The position numbers and the translations under genes are program-made. DNA of 64,000 nucleotides from a virus (Duplodnaviria > Heunggongvirae > Uroviricota > Caudoviricetes): positions 115,550 through 179,549 of IMG/VR virus record IMGVR_UViG_3300028887_000066. One strand, 5' to 3'. The notes under the pieces were generated by a model. It was not told where the DNA came from, searched no databases, and was given only the letters and a program-made list of their open reading frames with translations. Shown piece by piece: positions 50,423-61,521 of this stretch (positions are counted from its first letter, which is position 1; every line of letters begins with the position of its first letter).

Positions 50423-51106
50423 ATGAATAAGAGAGAATTAGAACTTTACAACGTCTTATTGGAGGACGGCTACGACAAAGATTTTGCCGAACTATGTGTA
50501 GATAACATGGTAGATGAAGAAAGAATCATCGGCGAGATTATCGGGTATTTCGAGGAAATATACAATTCAAGGATGTCAGAAGTTGAGGAAGCAAGTGAAG
50601 GCATGAAGGATTTTGTCAGCTATTGTGTCAAGGAGCGTCTATCCACATTAAGCCCTTCATTCTGTGCAGACGAATACCTGACAACAGGCTTGAACTTGTT
50701 TATGGAGTCTGATTTAGAGAAAACTGCATTTGCCATTAACGGCGGCACACACTTTGTTATTTTCGACAATGAAGAGGATGCTCCCGAAGAAGACAGAACA
50801 TTTCACACATTAAGCGATTACCTTATCTTCCATCATGATGCACAGGAAAAAATCATAAAAGCCATCAATGCTTTTGAATGGAAAAAGGAAGATGATGCAA
50901 AAGAAACCGAGGCCGAGGCTTCTTCCGAATCTGTAAAGTCTATGGATGCCTACAATGTGGCTATAAGGTGGCTGAGAGAAAATAGGGAGGATGAAAATTA
51001 CAATAAAGTCTCCTTATTGGTAGGGCAATATCCTTATGGCTTCTGTGTTCACAGGGAGTTGGAGGATTGCCTTGAAAGTATCGGGGTCAAGTTTGAAAGA
51101 AAGTGA
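50423..51106 (+). CDS. Early acidic hypothetical protein
   Basis: 227 aa after promoter. Confidence 0.75.
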   Translation: MNKRELELYNVLLEDGYDKDFAELCVDNMVDEERIIGEIIGYFEEIYNSRMSEVEEASEGMKDFVSYCVKERLSTLSPSFCADEYLTTGLNLFMESDLEKTAFAINGGTHFVIFDNEEDAPEEDRTFHTLSDYLIFHHDAQEKIIKAINAFEWKKEDDAKETEAEASSESVKSMDAYNVAIRWLRENREDENYNKVSLLVGQYPYGFCVHRELEDCLESIGVKFERK

Positions 51107-51204
51107 TTAGCATTTTTTAAGAGAAAAAATACATCGTTTTATTTTGCTGTATCAAGGGAAAATCCTATCTTTGCAGCAGAATTAAAGCATACAAATTATC
51201 TATT

Positions 51205-51456
51205 ATGACAGACAGAAAAGAGCAAGACATTTTCAGAAAGCTTCTCGCAAGTATGGAAAGAAGAAGGAACAGGAATTTCTTTGTCCTTTTTCAAGTAGGC
51301 GGAGTTACCAAGGCTGAGTATGACATGAGCCAACCGTGGGAAAGAGACGCGAAGTCGCCACAAGATTGGCTTAACTCATGTTTCTTCTTCTATGATATAG
51401 GAGAATTTGGAGAGGGGAAAATGGGGTTGAAAGTCCAAATGAAAGATACGGAGTGA
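51205..51456 (+). CDS. Early hypothetical protein
   Basis: Promoter plus ORF. Confidence 0.65.
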   Translation: MTDRKEQDIFRKLLASMERRRNRNFFVLFQVGGVTKAEYDMSQPWERDAKSPQDWLNSCFFFYDIGEFGEGKMGLKVQMKDTE

Positions 51457-51718
51457 CAACGCATAGAATCCAATTAGCATTTACACGGGGCGAATCCTTA
51501 AATGGGTTCGCCTCATTCTTTATATCTATGAATCGGATCCAGACCGACGGAACAGTCCCTGAGCTTGGATCTAGTCATAAAAATTGATTTTAATATAACA
51601 AATTATTTCACCCCACCAAATCCATTAACATTTTTTAAAGAAAAATTTTTCCCGTTTTGCTTTGCCATATCAGAAAAAAGCCTTACCTTTGCGGTAGAAA
51701 AATCAAAAACATAAAGTT

Positions 51719-52090
51719 ATGGAAACAAGGACAGGTTATGACTACAAAGGAAAAATGCACACCTTTAAGACAGATGGTGAGTATTTTAAGCCTTATTGTG
51801 ATGCCAATCCCATTTTCAGCGATGAATTTCATACTGATGGTCGCAACTATGCAGCAGCGGTTCTTTATACTAAAGTCGTTGAGGATAAGGGTTGGAAAAT
51901 AGAAAGACGTTTCGGTACTGACCAAATTGTAAACTACAATAATGGCCTTGTCGGTTACCAGTGCATCAACTATTACTATTCATTGGAAGAGGCTAAAAAA
52001 CATTTTGAAGGGTACAGCCAATTATCCCCCAAAGTAGGGGTCGTAGCCTATGTGGATGCTTGGCTTGCAGAAAATCCTAAAAAGTGTTAA
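51719..52090 (+). CDS. Early hypothetical protein
   Basis: Promoter plus ORF. Confidence 0.7.
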   Translation: METRTGYDYKGKMHTFKTDGEYFKPYCDANPIFSDEFHTDGRNYAAAVLYTKVVEDKGWKIERRFGTDQIVNYNNGLVGYQCINYYYSLEEAKKHFEGYSQLSPKVGVVAYVDAWLAENPKKC

Positions 52091-52157
52091 ACCATTTGGC
52101 CAATCCAAAATAAAGCCTTATCTTTGCGATGTAAGACAAACAAAGACAACAAGCATT

Positions 52158-52376
52158 ATGAAAGTAGGAGATTACACATATTTCGGAGCCTATGGCGATT
52201 TTGACAACGCCACGCTATATAAAGTAAAGGACATCCGCAAGGGCCCGTTCTGCAAAGAGTACGTACTGACGGGGCCGAATGGCAACGAGTTCACCGCCTA
52301 TGAGGACGAGGTGTTCCCCTGTGCCAACAACGTGTCCGAAAGTAAGAGCCTAACCGAGCGGCAGGCGAAAATATAG
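52158..52376 (+). CDS. Early hypothetical (SH3-like MKVGD)
   Basis: ATG 52158. Confidence 0.7.
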   Translation: MKVGDYTYFGAYGDFDNATLYKVKDIRKGPFCKEYVLTGPNGNEFTAYEDEVFPCANNVSESKSLTERQAKI

Positions 52377-52817
52377 TCCGCTCACATCCCCAATCCATAT
52401 CGCTATGGCAAGAGACCGCCCCTAAACAACAATTTTAGTTTTTAATTATTTTATTTTAAGCCGTAAGTAAACCCTTAAATAGAGAGTAGTATGATACGAG
52501 ACAAGCCCACCATTTGACAATATACACATACTAATTATTTATAAAACAAGCGCATAGGAGATCGTCCCATAAGCATCCGCAACGTATCGGGTGGAACAAA
52601 GGTCGGTCTCCTGCTTTTTTTATGTAATTTTTTTGCTGAATCCCTTGGCGGATTCAATTTTTTTATTATATTAAACACAATAGAACGAATGGTATCCCGT
52701 ACAGTGTCCCGCGTGCATCAGGTCATCCCGTGTTTTTTTGAAAAATATTCCCGTTTTCATTTGGCCAATCCAAAAAATAATCCTATCTTTGCAATACAAA
52801 CAAACAGTATGTGAGTT

Positions 52818-53459
52818 ATGACATTAAACATTGAGTTCATAGAGAGCAACTTTGACAGGTTCAACAGACAGTATTTCAACAATGAGCTTGTCAAGCCCGC
52901 ATTTGAGATAATGCACACGAAAAGCCTATTGGGGCAGTGCAAGTGGAAGAATGTAAACGGGCAACGCAAGAACTACCGTATAAGGATAAGCGACTATTTC
53001 GCCTCCCCTGAAAAGCAGTATCAGAATACCATTCTCCATGAAATGATTCACCTCTACATAAGACAGAAGGGAATCAAGGACACAAACAGGCATCACGGAG
53101 CTGTGTTCTATTCACACGCAGACAGAATCAACAGGGACGGGTGGCATATATCCCGTACAGATTCCGTAGAAGGCTTGGATTTGACTTCTGACGAGGTTTT
53201 CACCTATCACCTGATAGCTTTTAGGGATGAGCTTGGAAAATACTTCCTGATGGCTTACAATCCCAAATACAAATATGATTTCCAAAGAAGGTTCAGCCGC
53301 TATCCGAACCATTACCAGGATGCAGTGTGGTTTACCTCAACGGACAATAGGAAATACGCAAGCCTCACACAATGCAGGAAATCCATACGCGGAAGATTCA
53401 TCACGAAAAATGTCTATGACAGCATAGCAGAGGAAAACAAGATGCGTATAGCAGGATAA
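52818..53459 (+). CDS. SprT-like zinc metalloprotease
   Basis: FNRQYF, TILHEMIH, HGAVF. Confidence 0.88.
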   Translation: MTLNIEFIESNFDRFNRQYFNNELVKPAFEIMHTKSLLGQCKWKNVNGQRKNYRIRISDYFASPEKQYQNTILHEMIHLYIRQKGIKDTNRHHGAVFYSHADRINRDGWHISRTDSVEGLDLTSDEVFTYHLIAFRDELGKYFLMAYNPKYKYDFQRRFSRYPNHYQDAVWFTSTDNRKYASLTQCRKSIRGRFITKNVYDSIAEENKMRIAG

Positions 53460-53545
53460 AAATAAGAAAGTGTCAATGCCGATTCTTATGTATGGTACTC
53501 AACTGAGTACCGAAATTCAGACAAATACAATAAACCATAACAGCA

Positions 53546-53785
53546 ATGAATAAAAAAGACCAATTCATCATTTCGGGACTTAATCAGCTTGGATTAGGTG
53601 TCAATGCCGTAATCCCTGATGACCCTCAGATATTCGCTGGCAGAATAATGCAGTTCTTCAAAGGCTCGACAGTTACTGTATGGGCTGATCAGGAGAAGCA
53701 GACCATATTAAGGGTAAATGGCGATTTCCTCATACATTTCAAGAAAGAAGGGAAGCGCGTAGTTTCTGTAGAGATTCAAGGTTAA
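53546..53785 (+). CDS. Early hypothetical protein
   Basis: ORF with A-rich start. Confidence 0.65.
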   Translation: MNKKDQFIISGLNQLGLGVNAVIPDDPQIFAGRIMQFFKGSTVTVWADQEKQTILRVNGDFLIHFKKEGKRVVSVEIQG

Positions 53786-54033
53786 GCTCGTTTTTCGTTC
53801 ATAACTTTTTGTTTGTTTGTCGGAGACAGGTAATTTTAACATTACTTGCCTCCATTTTTTATGCCTATACATTTGGTCATGTCAGAAATTCTGTTATATT
53901 AAACACAATATATAACATCCGCCTTCAGTGGGTTCCGTCGTCATCACGGCTTTTAACATTTATTAAGGAAAAGTTTTCTTCGTTTTATTTGGTGGTTTGG
54001 AAATAAAGCCTTATCTTTGCGACAGAATTAAAA

Positions 54034-54384
54034 ATGACAGAATTTATGAACCGACAGGAATTTAACGCAAACAAAAAGTACCTTTTAGAGGATTGCAATA
54101 ACATCTTCTGGAATGGTCAGGCTTGGGATGAAGAGCCTTTCAGCGTTGAGCTTGAAAGCTACACGAAGGCGGGCGGTGATATGGTGTTCAATCTTGAAGT
54201 GTGCGACAAGAAGCATTTGCAGGAATACATAGACGATTTCAATATAAACTATGAGGTCGTTAGTTGGTGGCAGGACGGTAAGAAGGGAAACGGTGTTCCA
54301 TTCGACAATATCAAGGAGCATTATGATGATTGTGAGAATTGGTTGAAGTGGTTGCAGACCATTTGTGATAAAATGCCTTATTAA
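54034..54384 (+). CDS. Early hypothetical protein
   Basis: VELESYTKAGGDM motif. Confidence 0.7.
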   Translation: MTEFMNRQEFNANKKYLLEDCNNIFWNGQAWDEEPFSVELESYTKAGGDMVFNLEVCDKKHLQEYIDDFNINYEVVSWWQDGKKGNGVPFDNIKEHYDDCENWLKWLQTICDKMPY

Positions 54385-54397
54385 AAAAACTGTTATT

Positions 54398-54610
54398 ATG
54401 GCACGGACACTTTACGTTTCAAAGAAAAACGCTGACAGGGCAATGCTTGGTTTGGGAAACTTTCCCAATTTCCACGCAAGCGGCTCCATTAAGGGTATGA
54501 AAAAGCAATACTATGGTAAGGATGCACTTCTTATCAGAAGTGGCAGCTATATCTATAATGTTGATCCAGAGACCTACGAAAAGGCGAAAAATATCATTAA
54601 ATTTCGTTAA
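54398..54610 (+). CDS. Early hypothetical protein
   Basis: FPNFHASGSIKGMKKQYYG. Confidence 0.7.
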   Translation: MARTLYVSKKNADRAMLGLGNFPNFHASGSIKGMKKQYYGKDALLIRSGSYIYNVDPETYEKAKNIIKFR

Positions 54611-54675
54611 AACTTTTGGTCGTTCCATATAAAAGTCTTATCTTTGCATCAGAAAAAACAAACAAATATACAGTT

Positions 54676-54948
54676 ATGGCAAGAAAAGTATGTAATAACA
54701 AAGTAGAGTTTACAGCCTGTGGCAAGACTGTTATGTTCCGTCTTTCCGATAAGGAATTAAGGATGCTCCGCAGAAGTTCAATCTTTGAAAAGGGAGTGGA
54801 TTGGGAGAAACGGAATTACGGCTACCTGTATAACTTTTCCGTGTTTGCCTTTTTCGACTACGATGTCAAGGGCAGCAAGTGTGGAAGATTCCATAAGGAG
54901 TTTAAGTACCATGAATTTGACAAAATAATGTGGGATTTAACGGACTGA
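54676..54948 (+). CDS. Early hypothetical protein
   Basis: ATG 54676 after promoter. Confidence 0.65.
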   Translation: MARKVCNNKVEFTACGKTVMFRLSDKELRMLRRSSIFEKGVDWEKRNYGYLYNFSVFAFFDYDVKGSKCGRFHKEFKYHEFDKIMWDLTD

Positions 54949-54953
54949 AAACT

Positions 54954-55178
54954 ATGGTTACGAAAGAGCAGCTAAAGGCCATTACGTTGGAGATTATGCC
55001 CACAATGAAGCGCAGGGGCAAGGCAAACCCGCGCAAATATGAGAGGCAGCTTTTATACGGCGATGTGCTTGATTGGATTCGGGATAATCACCCCGAACTG
55101 CGAAACAATGACTATGACGATGATTTTGCGGCGCATTACATTATTGGTGCATACGTCATACAAAACGCGATTCTTTAA
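54954..55178 (+). CDS. Early hypothetical protein
   Basis: ATG 54954. Confidence 0.65.
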   Translation: MVTKEQLKAITLEIMPTMKRRGKANPRKYERQLLYGDVLDWIRDNHPELRNNDYDDDFAAHYIIGAYVIQNAIL

Positions 55179-55309
55179 CATCTTTTAACAGTTCAGATTT
55201 GGCCAATCCAAATAAAAGCCTTATCTTTGCAACGTAAATCTGAAGGACACGGAAATACCCCCGTCCATAATGGTGTGGGCGGGGAACTATCAAACAAACA
55301 AGAAAGACT

Positions 55310-55696
55310 ATGGAACTTAGCAGGGAAATTAAAATCACCCCAATTAAGGTGAACGGTAGCAGGACAGAGCTGAATGTCATTGAAATTGAGGTCAGCCACG
55401 ATAAGGGCGGCTACAATATGTTCACGGGCGAATCACGCAGAACAGGTATCATTTGTAGTATCAGACCTATGGGCCGTCATGATGGATGTTGCTCCACTAT
55501 TATTGACGGTAAGACCGAACACATGGGATTCTATACTTTCCTCGTACCTTGCGGAAGAAAATCACCGAAGAAGTTGGAAATGGTGGCTAACGAGATTCTT
55601 CCACTTTCCGAGAAAATAGCTGAAATGTTCCTTGAAGGGCAGTATCAGGCCATTGCTAACATGATGACATCGGCAGTACGGGCAATTAACCTATAG
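55310..55696 (+). CDS. Early hypothetical protein
   Basis: KGGYNMFTGE..R.G motif; hairpin in 5' leader. Confidence 0.7.
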   Translation: MELSREIKITPIKVNGSRTELNVIEIEVSHDKGGYNMFTGESRRTGIICSIRPMGRHDGCCSTIIDGKTEHMGFYTFLVPCGRKSPKKLEMVANEILPLSEKIAEMFLEGQYQAIANMMTSAVRAINL

Positions 55697-55703
55697 GAGT
55701 GCT

Positions 55704-55877
55704 ATGGATAACGTAATAGGGAAAAGAGTACGCATCAATCATCTTTATGATGAAAGCAATTGGTATGACGGTAAGGAAGGTGTTGTGGAGTACATTGACG
55801 ATATAGGCCAATGGCACGGAACTTGGGGCGGTATAGCTATCATTCCCGACACTGACGATTACGATATTTTGGATTAA
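55704..55877 (+). CDS. DUF4314-like small protein
   Basis: Manual translation GKRVRI...GKEGVVEYIDDIGQWHGTWGGIAIIP. Confidence 0.7.
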   Translation: MDNVIGKRVRINHLYDESNWYDGKEGVVEYIDDIGQWHGTWGGIAIIPDTDDYDILD

Positions 55878-55956
55878 CGATTCTTGTTTCATGGTGTTTG
55901 TTTGTCGGTGGCATCTATTTAGGTAGGTGCTGCCATTTTTTAATTATTTAGGATAT

Positions 55957-56892
55957 ATGCCAAAAAAGCTTACGTTAAATGAATTTATAGAACGCTCCCG
56001 TAAGATCCACGGTGACAGATACGATTATTCCCATATCAAGGAATATAAGAACAATCAGACAAAAGTACCTATCATTTGTCCTGAACACGGCGAATTTCTC
56101 CAAACCCCGAAAAATCATCTTAATGGTAGGGGTTGTCCAAAATGCGGAGGTACGGAAAAAATGACGACACAGGAGTTCATTGAGAAGGCTAAACATATAC
56201 ACGGGAGCCGCTATGATTACAGCCTTGTGGAATATGATACGACAAAGGACAAGGTAAAAATCATCTGTAATGATTGCGGCAGGATATTCCTGCAAAGGCC
56301 GCAAGACCATCTACGGGCGTATGGTTGCCCTTATTGTTGGGGGAAAAACAAGACTACGGAAGAGTTCATTGAAGAGGCGAGAAAAGTCCACGGTGATAAA
56401 TATGACTATTCCGAAGTGACATACTTTAGGGCAATTGACAAAATTAAGATAAAATGCAGGAAATGCGGACACGTTTTCTTGGTTACACCTCACGACCATA
56501 TCACACATAAGAATGGTTGCCCGTATTGCAACAGTTCAAAATTGGAAAAGAAAACGGCGAAGCTCTTGGATGATAGTGGAATCACATATACCCGTCAGCA
56601 GACGTTCCCTTGGTTGAAACTGAATAAATATACGCCAATGACGTTGGATTTCTTTATTCCTGAGTTGAATGTCGCTATCGAATGTCAGGGAGGACAGCAT
56701 TTCAAGCCTGTTGATTGTTTCGGAGGAGATGAGAACTACAATTCAATCCGAGAAAGAGACTTGCTAAAATATAACTTATGTGTCGCTCACGGGATAAAGG
56801 TAATATATTATACAGACGTGAATTTACCGAAATATCCGTATAAAGTGGTGAAAGACAAAAGCCTACTTATTCAATTATTGCTTGCAGCCTGA
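55957..56892 (+). CDS. Putative homing endonuclease (DUF723-like Zn repeats plus Vsr/DUF559-like nuclease)
   Basis: Three HGDxYDYS...C..C repeats; LDFFIP...IECQGGQH...D. Confidence 0.8.
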   Translation: MPKKLTLNEFIERSRKIHGDRYDYSHIKEYKNNQTKVPIICPEHGEFLQTPKNHLNGRGCPKCGGTEKMTTQEFIEKAKHIHGSRYDYSLVEYDTTKDKVKIICNDCGRIFLQRPQDHLRAYGCPYCWGKNKTTEEFIEEARKVHGDKYDYSEVTYFRAIDKIKIKCRKCGHVFLVTPHDHITHKNGCPYCNSSKLEKKTAKLLDDSGITYTRQQTFPWLKLNKYTPMTLDFFIPELNVAIECQGGQHFKPVDCFGGDENYNSIRERDLLKYNLCVAHGIKVIYYTDVNLPKYPYKVVKDKSLLIQLLLAA

Positions 56893-57099
56893 ATTTCGGG
56901 CTGCATTTTTTTATCCTGACCATGCTGAAGAGATGAGGAGGATCCACAATACTATTGGTTTTTAATATAACATTTTTCTTGAAATGGCCAAATCCCATTA
57001 ACATTATTTAAGGATTATTTTTGACCATTTATTTGGCTAATTGGGGAAAAAGCCTTATCTTTGCATCAGTTTTAAGAACAAACATTAAAATTACCGATT

Positions 57100-57423
57100 A
57101 TGAAACAGTATGTAGTAACAGTCAGGCGACACGAAGAGGATGAACTGAGCGATTACGTCCGTCCTATCCCCTGCAAAGATTTTGAGACGGCGGTCAAAGT
57201 CAAGGAAACGGTCAAGGAACGCTACTTGAAAGAGAACCCCACAATCAAGGACGGTGATGACAGCAGACACATTGCCGAGGACAGCGATACGCGCTTTACC
57301 TGCAACGATGACTATTGTGCAGATGATATTGATGTCTATATTCACGAACTTACTCTTATTGAGAGCGATGCAGACATTGAAGAGATTATGAACATCTTGG
57401 ATGAAGAGGGGGCATTTTGCTAA
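57100..57423 (+). CDS. Early acidic hypothetical protein
   Basis: Resembles 58253-58504 (PCKD.ETA). Confidence 0.7.
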   Translation: MKQYVVTVRRHEEDELSDYVRPIPCKDFETAVKVKETVKERYLKENPTIKDGDDSRHIAEDSDTRFTCNDDYCADDIDVYIHELTLIESDADIEEIMNILDEEGAFC

Positions 57424-57441
57424 CTGAAAAATAAGATAACG

Positions 57442-57663
57442 ATGAAGGAAATTACAATAAACGACCTTTGGAAAGCTTGTGTGGAGGAACGCAAGAAAGG
57501 AAACGGAAAAAAGAAAATCCTCGTTCCGTCCGATGAAGAAGGGAACAGCTACAATGCAATGTACTACCTTTTCTCGCCGACTGACGAATATGATCCAGAG
57601 TGGTCTAATTTCCCCCGTGACGTAACAGAGGAAAACAAAAAGGACTATATCATACTTGGTTGA
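57442..57663 (+). CDS. Early hypothetical protein
   Basis: SDEEGNSY motif. Confidence 0.7.
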   Translation: MKEITINDLWKACVEERKKGNGKKKILVPSDEEGNSYNAMYYLFSPTDEYDPEWSNFPRDVTEENKKDYIILG

Positions 57664-58252
57664 ATTTTTATTAACTTTATTTCATTTAATGATGCGCTTG
57701 CCTGTGAGGGTGGGCGCATTTTTTTCTATATACCCTGAACCCTGACGGCGGAGGACACGTCGTCCTGAGCTTGGACAGTATGTATATATTGTATTTAATA
57801 TAACAAAGTTTCTGACGTGACCAAATGCTTTAACACTTTTTAAGGAAAATCCTGCTTTTGAGAGGATGAAGAAATAACGGCTAATTTCAATAAGAGCCGT
57901 AGATTTTTCAATAGTGGCTGCTGCCTTGTCGAGCGGGAGTCATTATTGTTTCATGTATTTTATCCTGGACGACAGATCCGTCTTCATGGAAGGCGTGCAG
58001 GTTTCTATTGTATTTTAATATAACAATTATTTTCAGACTGCCAAACAAAAAAGTGATTATTTTCTTGGCGGATTCAAAAATTTTATTATATTAAATACAA
58101 TATATGAAACGGATCCAAGCTCAGGGCCCACGAGCTTATCAGGATCCGAACCCGTTAACAGTTTTTAAGGAAAATAGTTTCCGATATGTTTGGCCACATC
58201 AGAAAATAATCCTATCTTTGCAAAGTATTAAACAAATAAACAAACAGGCATT

Positions 58253-58504
58253 ATGGTTGTATTTTTAGTTCAGCAGGAAAGCAACGTGGACGGTGATGTC
58301 GTGTTCGACGTTACACCGTGCAAGGACAGGGAAACGGCTGAAAAGCTGTTCAATGAGAAAATCAAGTCCATCCGTTCCGAGGGTCATTTTGACCACGACG
58401 ACGAAGATTTCACCGTATCAGAGGCAGAAGGTCATTACTTCATTACGGATGAATGTGATGACTACTACGAGGACATAACCATTGAAAAAGCAAAAGTATT
58501 ATGA
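58253..58504 (+). CDS. Early acidic hypothetical protein
   Basis: Promoter plus ORF. Confidence 0.7.
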   Translation: MVVFLVQQESNVDGDVVFDVTPCKDRETAEKLFNEKIKSIRSEGHFDHDDEDFTVSEAEGHYFITDECDDYYEDITIEKAKVL

Positions 58505-58899
58505 GACTACATCAGAAATTCAAAAATGTTCATTCCTACGCTTGCGGGATTGAAAAATGGGTAAAGGACTTCTATAAAGAAGTTTCTGGACGCACATTAA
58601 CTATGACTTTCCCTATGGATTTTGCCATTGCGGATTGGTATGACAAGGCATCTGTCATCGACACATACAAGCGTGTAAAAGCCGCATATCTTAATGACTA
58701 TAAGGCATTTACCGAGGTTGTCGTGTCACTTATATACTTAGCCTATGCGAATGACCAACTGCGAAAGCAGGGTGTGGAAGACAGGGAAAGATTCATTGAA
58801 CTGTATGAGAAGCTTTTTTATGAGGCAAAGGAACTCTTCTATGAGCATTATAAGGATAACGAAGAAGCTCAGGATTATTTCTTTGAGTGGACTGACTAA
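58501..58899 (+). CDS. Early hypothetical protein
   Basis: TFPMDFAIAD...DTYKR motif. Confidence 0.75.
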   Translation: MRLHQKFKNVHSYACGIEKWVKDFYKEVSGRTLTMTFPMDFAIADWYDKASVIDTYKRVKAAYLNDYKAFTEVVVSLIYLAYANDQLRKQGVEDRERFIELYEKLFYEAKELFYEHYKDNEEAQDYFFEWTD

Positions 58900-58952
58900 A
58901 TAAAAACAACAGGTACTCAACTGAGTACCAAAAAATAGCATACATTAAAATT

Positions 58953-59234
58953 ATGGCAAAGGAAATTGAAATTCTGTGCTTCACGGAAACCGAGGACAAT
59001 ATAAAGGACTGTATTCTCGCAGTAGAAGACAAGAGCAAATTCAATACCGAGGAATTGACCGCCGCCATCAGGGAAGAGGTCGGATCCATCGTAAATATCG
59101 AGGAAGAGGATTGGGATGATGAATACTCCCCGTCAAAAGAGGAATGGGAAGAGGTTATCAATAAACTTTCTTGTGGGCTTCCTGCCGATTGGCTCGACTA
59201 TGAGTTCTACTATGAGACGATACAGCTCCATTAA
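58953..59234 (+). CDS. Early acidic hypothetical protein
   Basis: ORF with A-rich start. Confidence 0.7.
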   Translation: MAKEIEILCFTETEDNIKDCILAVEDKSKFNTEELTAAIREEVGSIVNIEEEDWDDEYSPSKEEWEEVINKLSCGLPADWLDYEFYYETIQLH

Positions 59235-59506
59235 AAGGAGTTAAGAAACTTACTATCTATCACTATGGGTGGGTATCTTTAACAGATATTCACCCTTGTT
59301 TTATTTGGCCAATTCAATTTTTTTATTATATTAAAACCAATAGAATCCATCCGCCTTCGCCTGCGGGGTTCAGGAGTACCACATCCAAAAGTCTTTAACA
59401 TTACTTAACTAAAAATAATTGTGGTTTCGTTTGGCCAAATGGGAAAAAGGTCTTATCTTTGCAGCGTAAAAAAACAAGTAATAACAAATAAACATCAATC
59501 AATCGT

Positions 59507-60382
59507 ATGGAAAAAATGACTTATAAGGAGTATCAGAAAGCTTTGAAAGAGGTTGGTGTATCTTACCTTGGCTCTTTCAATCAGTCTGCCAAAATGGTGC
59601 TGAACGGCAAAAACGGTGTGATTACCTATTCTCTCTATCTTGCGCCTTGGAAGCTTGCAAGCGGAAACGGACTTACTATCAATACCTGTCCGAGCGGTTC
59701 ACATTGTCAAGAGTTTTGCCTTAACGGAAGCGGACACAATAAGGCTGACATTCTTGTACATGGGATTAAGGAATCTCGAATCAATCAGGCCCGTATCAAG
59801 AAAACGCGCCTGTTCTATCAGAATAAGGCTCTCTTTATGCGTATGCTTGTGTTTGAGTTGGAGGCCGCTATGCGCTACGCAGAAAAGCGTGACATGGGAT
59901 TTTCCGTCCGTCTTAACTGCACATCTGACTTGTCGCCCCTTGCCTTTAGAGTTGAAGGGAAAAATATCTTGGACATGTACCCCGACGTGATTTTCTATGA
60001 CTATACAAAGGTTCCTGGACGCTATGCTATCTGTGAGAAATACCCGAACTATCACCTTACATTCAGCTATGACGGCTACAACTGGGACACTTGTGTTGAG
60101 TTCCTTAACCGTGGGATTAACATTGCCGTGGTGTTTGAAAGTGATGTTATGCCGATTTCTTGGCGTGGCTACCGTTGCATTGATATGACAAAATCCGATT
60201 TGCGCTACATGGATGCAAAAAGTAATGACGGTGTGGGATTCTGTGGTTTCCTGCATTTCCACCGCCCTGCAAGCCTTTATAAATCAGGCAAATATGAACG
60301 CCCAAACACTCCGTTTGTCGTAATGGAGGACGATGCAGAGGTCGTATATGCCTTTAGACTTGGAAAATCTACCGAGGAATAA
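59507..60382 (+). CDS. GP88-like phage protein
   Basis: LYLAP, CP...C...CL..SG, VRLNCTSD, FYDYTK, YHLTFS, SDLRY.D. Confidence 0.75.
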   Translation: MEKMTYKEYQKALKEVGVSYLGSFNQSAKMVLNGKNGVITYSLYLAPWKLASGNGLTINTCPSGSHCQEFCLNGSGHNKADILVHGIKESRINQARIKKTRLFYQNKALFMRMLVFELEAAMRYAEKRDMGFSVRLNCTSDLSPLAFRVEGKNILDMYPDVIFYDYTKVPGRYAICEKYPNYHLTFSYDGYNWDTCVEFLNRGINIAVVFESDVMPISWRGYRCIDMTKSDLRYMDAKSNDGVGFCGFLHFHRPASLYKSGKYERPNTPFVVMEDDAEVVYAFRLGKSTEE

Positions 60383-60489
60383 ATGGTAAAATTTGTTAAA
60401 AGATACGGAATTATTTGGCCAGTCCATTATTTTTCCGTATCTTTGCATCAGAAAAACAATAGAACAATAATAAATTAAATTTAACGATT

Positions 60490-61521
60490 ATGTGTTTATA
60501 CATTGGAAAAAAGCTACCATTGGTCGCAAAAAAGGACATTGTTGTCTATAAGTATCTTGACGAATCTGACGGTAATTACAAGACACCGTATCAGGACACG
60601 CCTGTGACATTGAATGAAACATTGGTTGCGAACCGTGTCAATTATCTGTGTAAAGAATTATACAACGGCAAACACTCTATCAGTGAAGGAGCTATTCATG
60701 CCTGTCTTTCTACCAAAAGGGAAAAAATGGGTGATGTGGCATTAAAAGCCATTATCAAAAAAGGCACTACCTTCTATGTGCAGGATGATTTTGCTGAAAT
60801 TGCGGCTACTGAACTGTTTATTACAGACGAGGAAATAAATTGCGATATAGACAGTCCAGACCTTATTGATGTAGCGAAACTCTACATTGAAGCCGCTCGT
60901 AAAGAAAAGGAAAACTCAAATGATAATGGCGTTTTCGTCGGTGATTTTTGTCTTTCTGACAAAACTTATGTAAGTCCCTTGTCCGACTTCAATAAAGAGG
61001 ACGCTATTGGTATTGTTGCATTTTTCGACAATGAGGGTAATCCTGTTGTCATATCCTTGGAAGAAGCGTTTTTGCCTTGGCTTACGGAATACTCAATGAA
61101 AAACGAAGTATGCTCCAACATTAAAGATAATATAGCCGATGACCTTAATGGTAAGAAGCACACTTATGACATTGCGGCATCAAAAGACTATGACCCCGAT
61201 AAATTCAAGGCTGTTGCTTATTGCACTAACTACCAAACTAAGGGAACGGAAAAGGGCGATTGGTATCTTGGGTCTATCGGGGAGTGCATAAAGGTGGCAG
61301 AAAATCTGGGAATCATCAATGCAAGCATTCTCTTCAAAGGTATTGGAGATATTATCGGTTTCTCTTGGATGTGGAGTTCATCTGAAAGAACGTGGGGTGG
61401 CTACTCTTCGGCTTGGTACTGTGGCTTGAGCAATGGCAATTGCAGCTACTGTTGCGATAGCAGGCTCGACGAAGACTGTGTGCGTCCGCTCTCTGCTTTC
61501 ATTAACGGAGCGAAAGCGTAG
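60490..61521 (+). CDS. Protein with C-terminal C-type-lectin-fold (DUF1566-like) domain; likely DGR target
   Basis: WYLGSIGE...WSSSE...AW...G...VRPLSAF. Confidence 0.75.
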   Translation: MCLYIGKKLPLVAKKDIVVYKYLDESDGNYKTPYQDTPVTLNETLVANRVNYLCKELYNGKHSISEGAIHACLSTKREKMGDVALKAIIKKGTTFYVQDDFAEIAATELFITDEEINCDIDSPDLIDVAKLYIEAARKEKENSNDNGVFVGDFCLSDKTYVSPLSDFNKEDAIGIVAFFDNEGNPVVISLEEAFLPWLTEYSMKNEVCSNIKDNIADDLNGKKHTYDIAASKDYDPDKFKAVAYCTNYQTKGTEKGDWYLGSIGECIKVAENLGIINASILFKGIGDIIGFSWMWSSSERTWGGYSSAWYCGLSNGNCSYCCDSRLDEDCVRPLSAFINGAKA

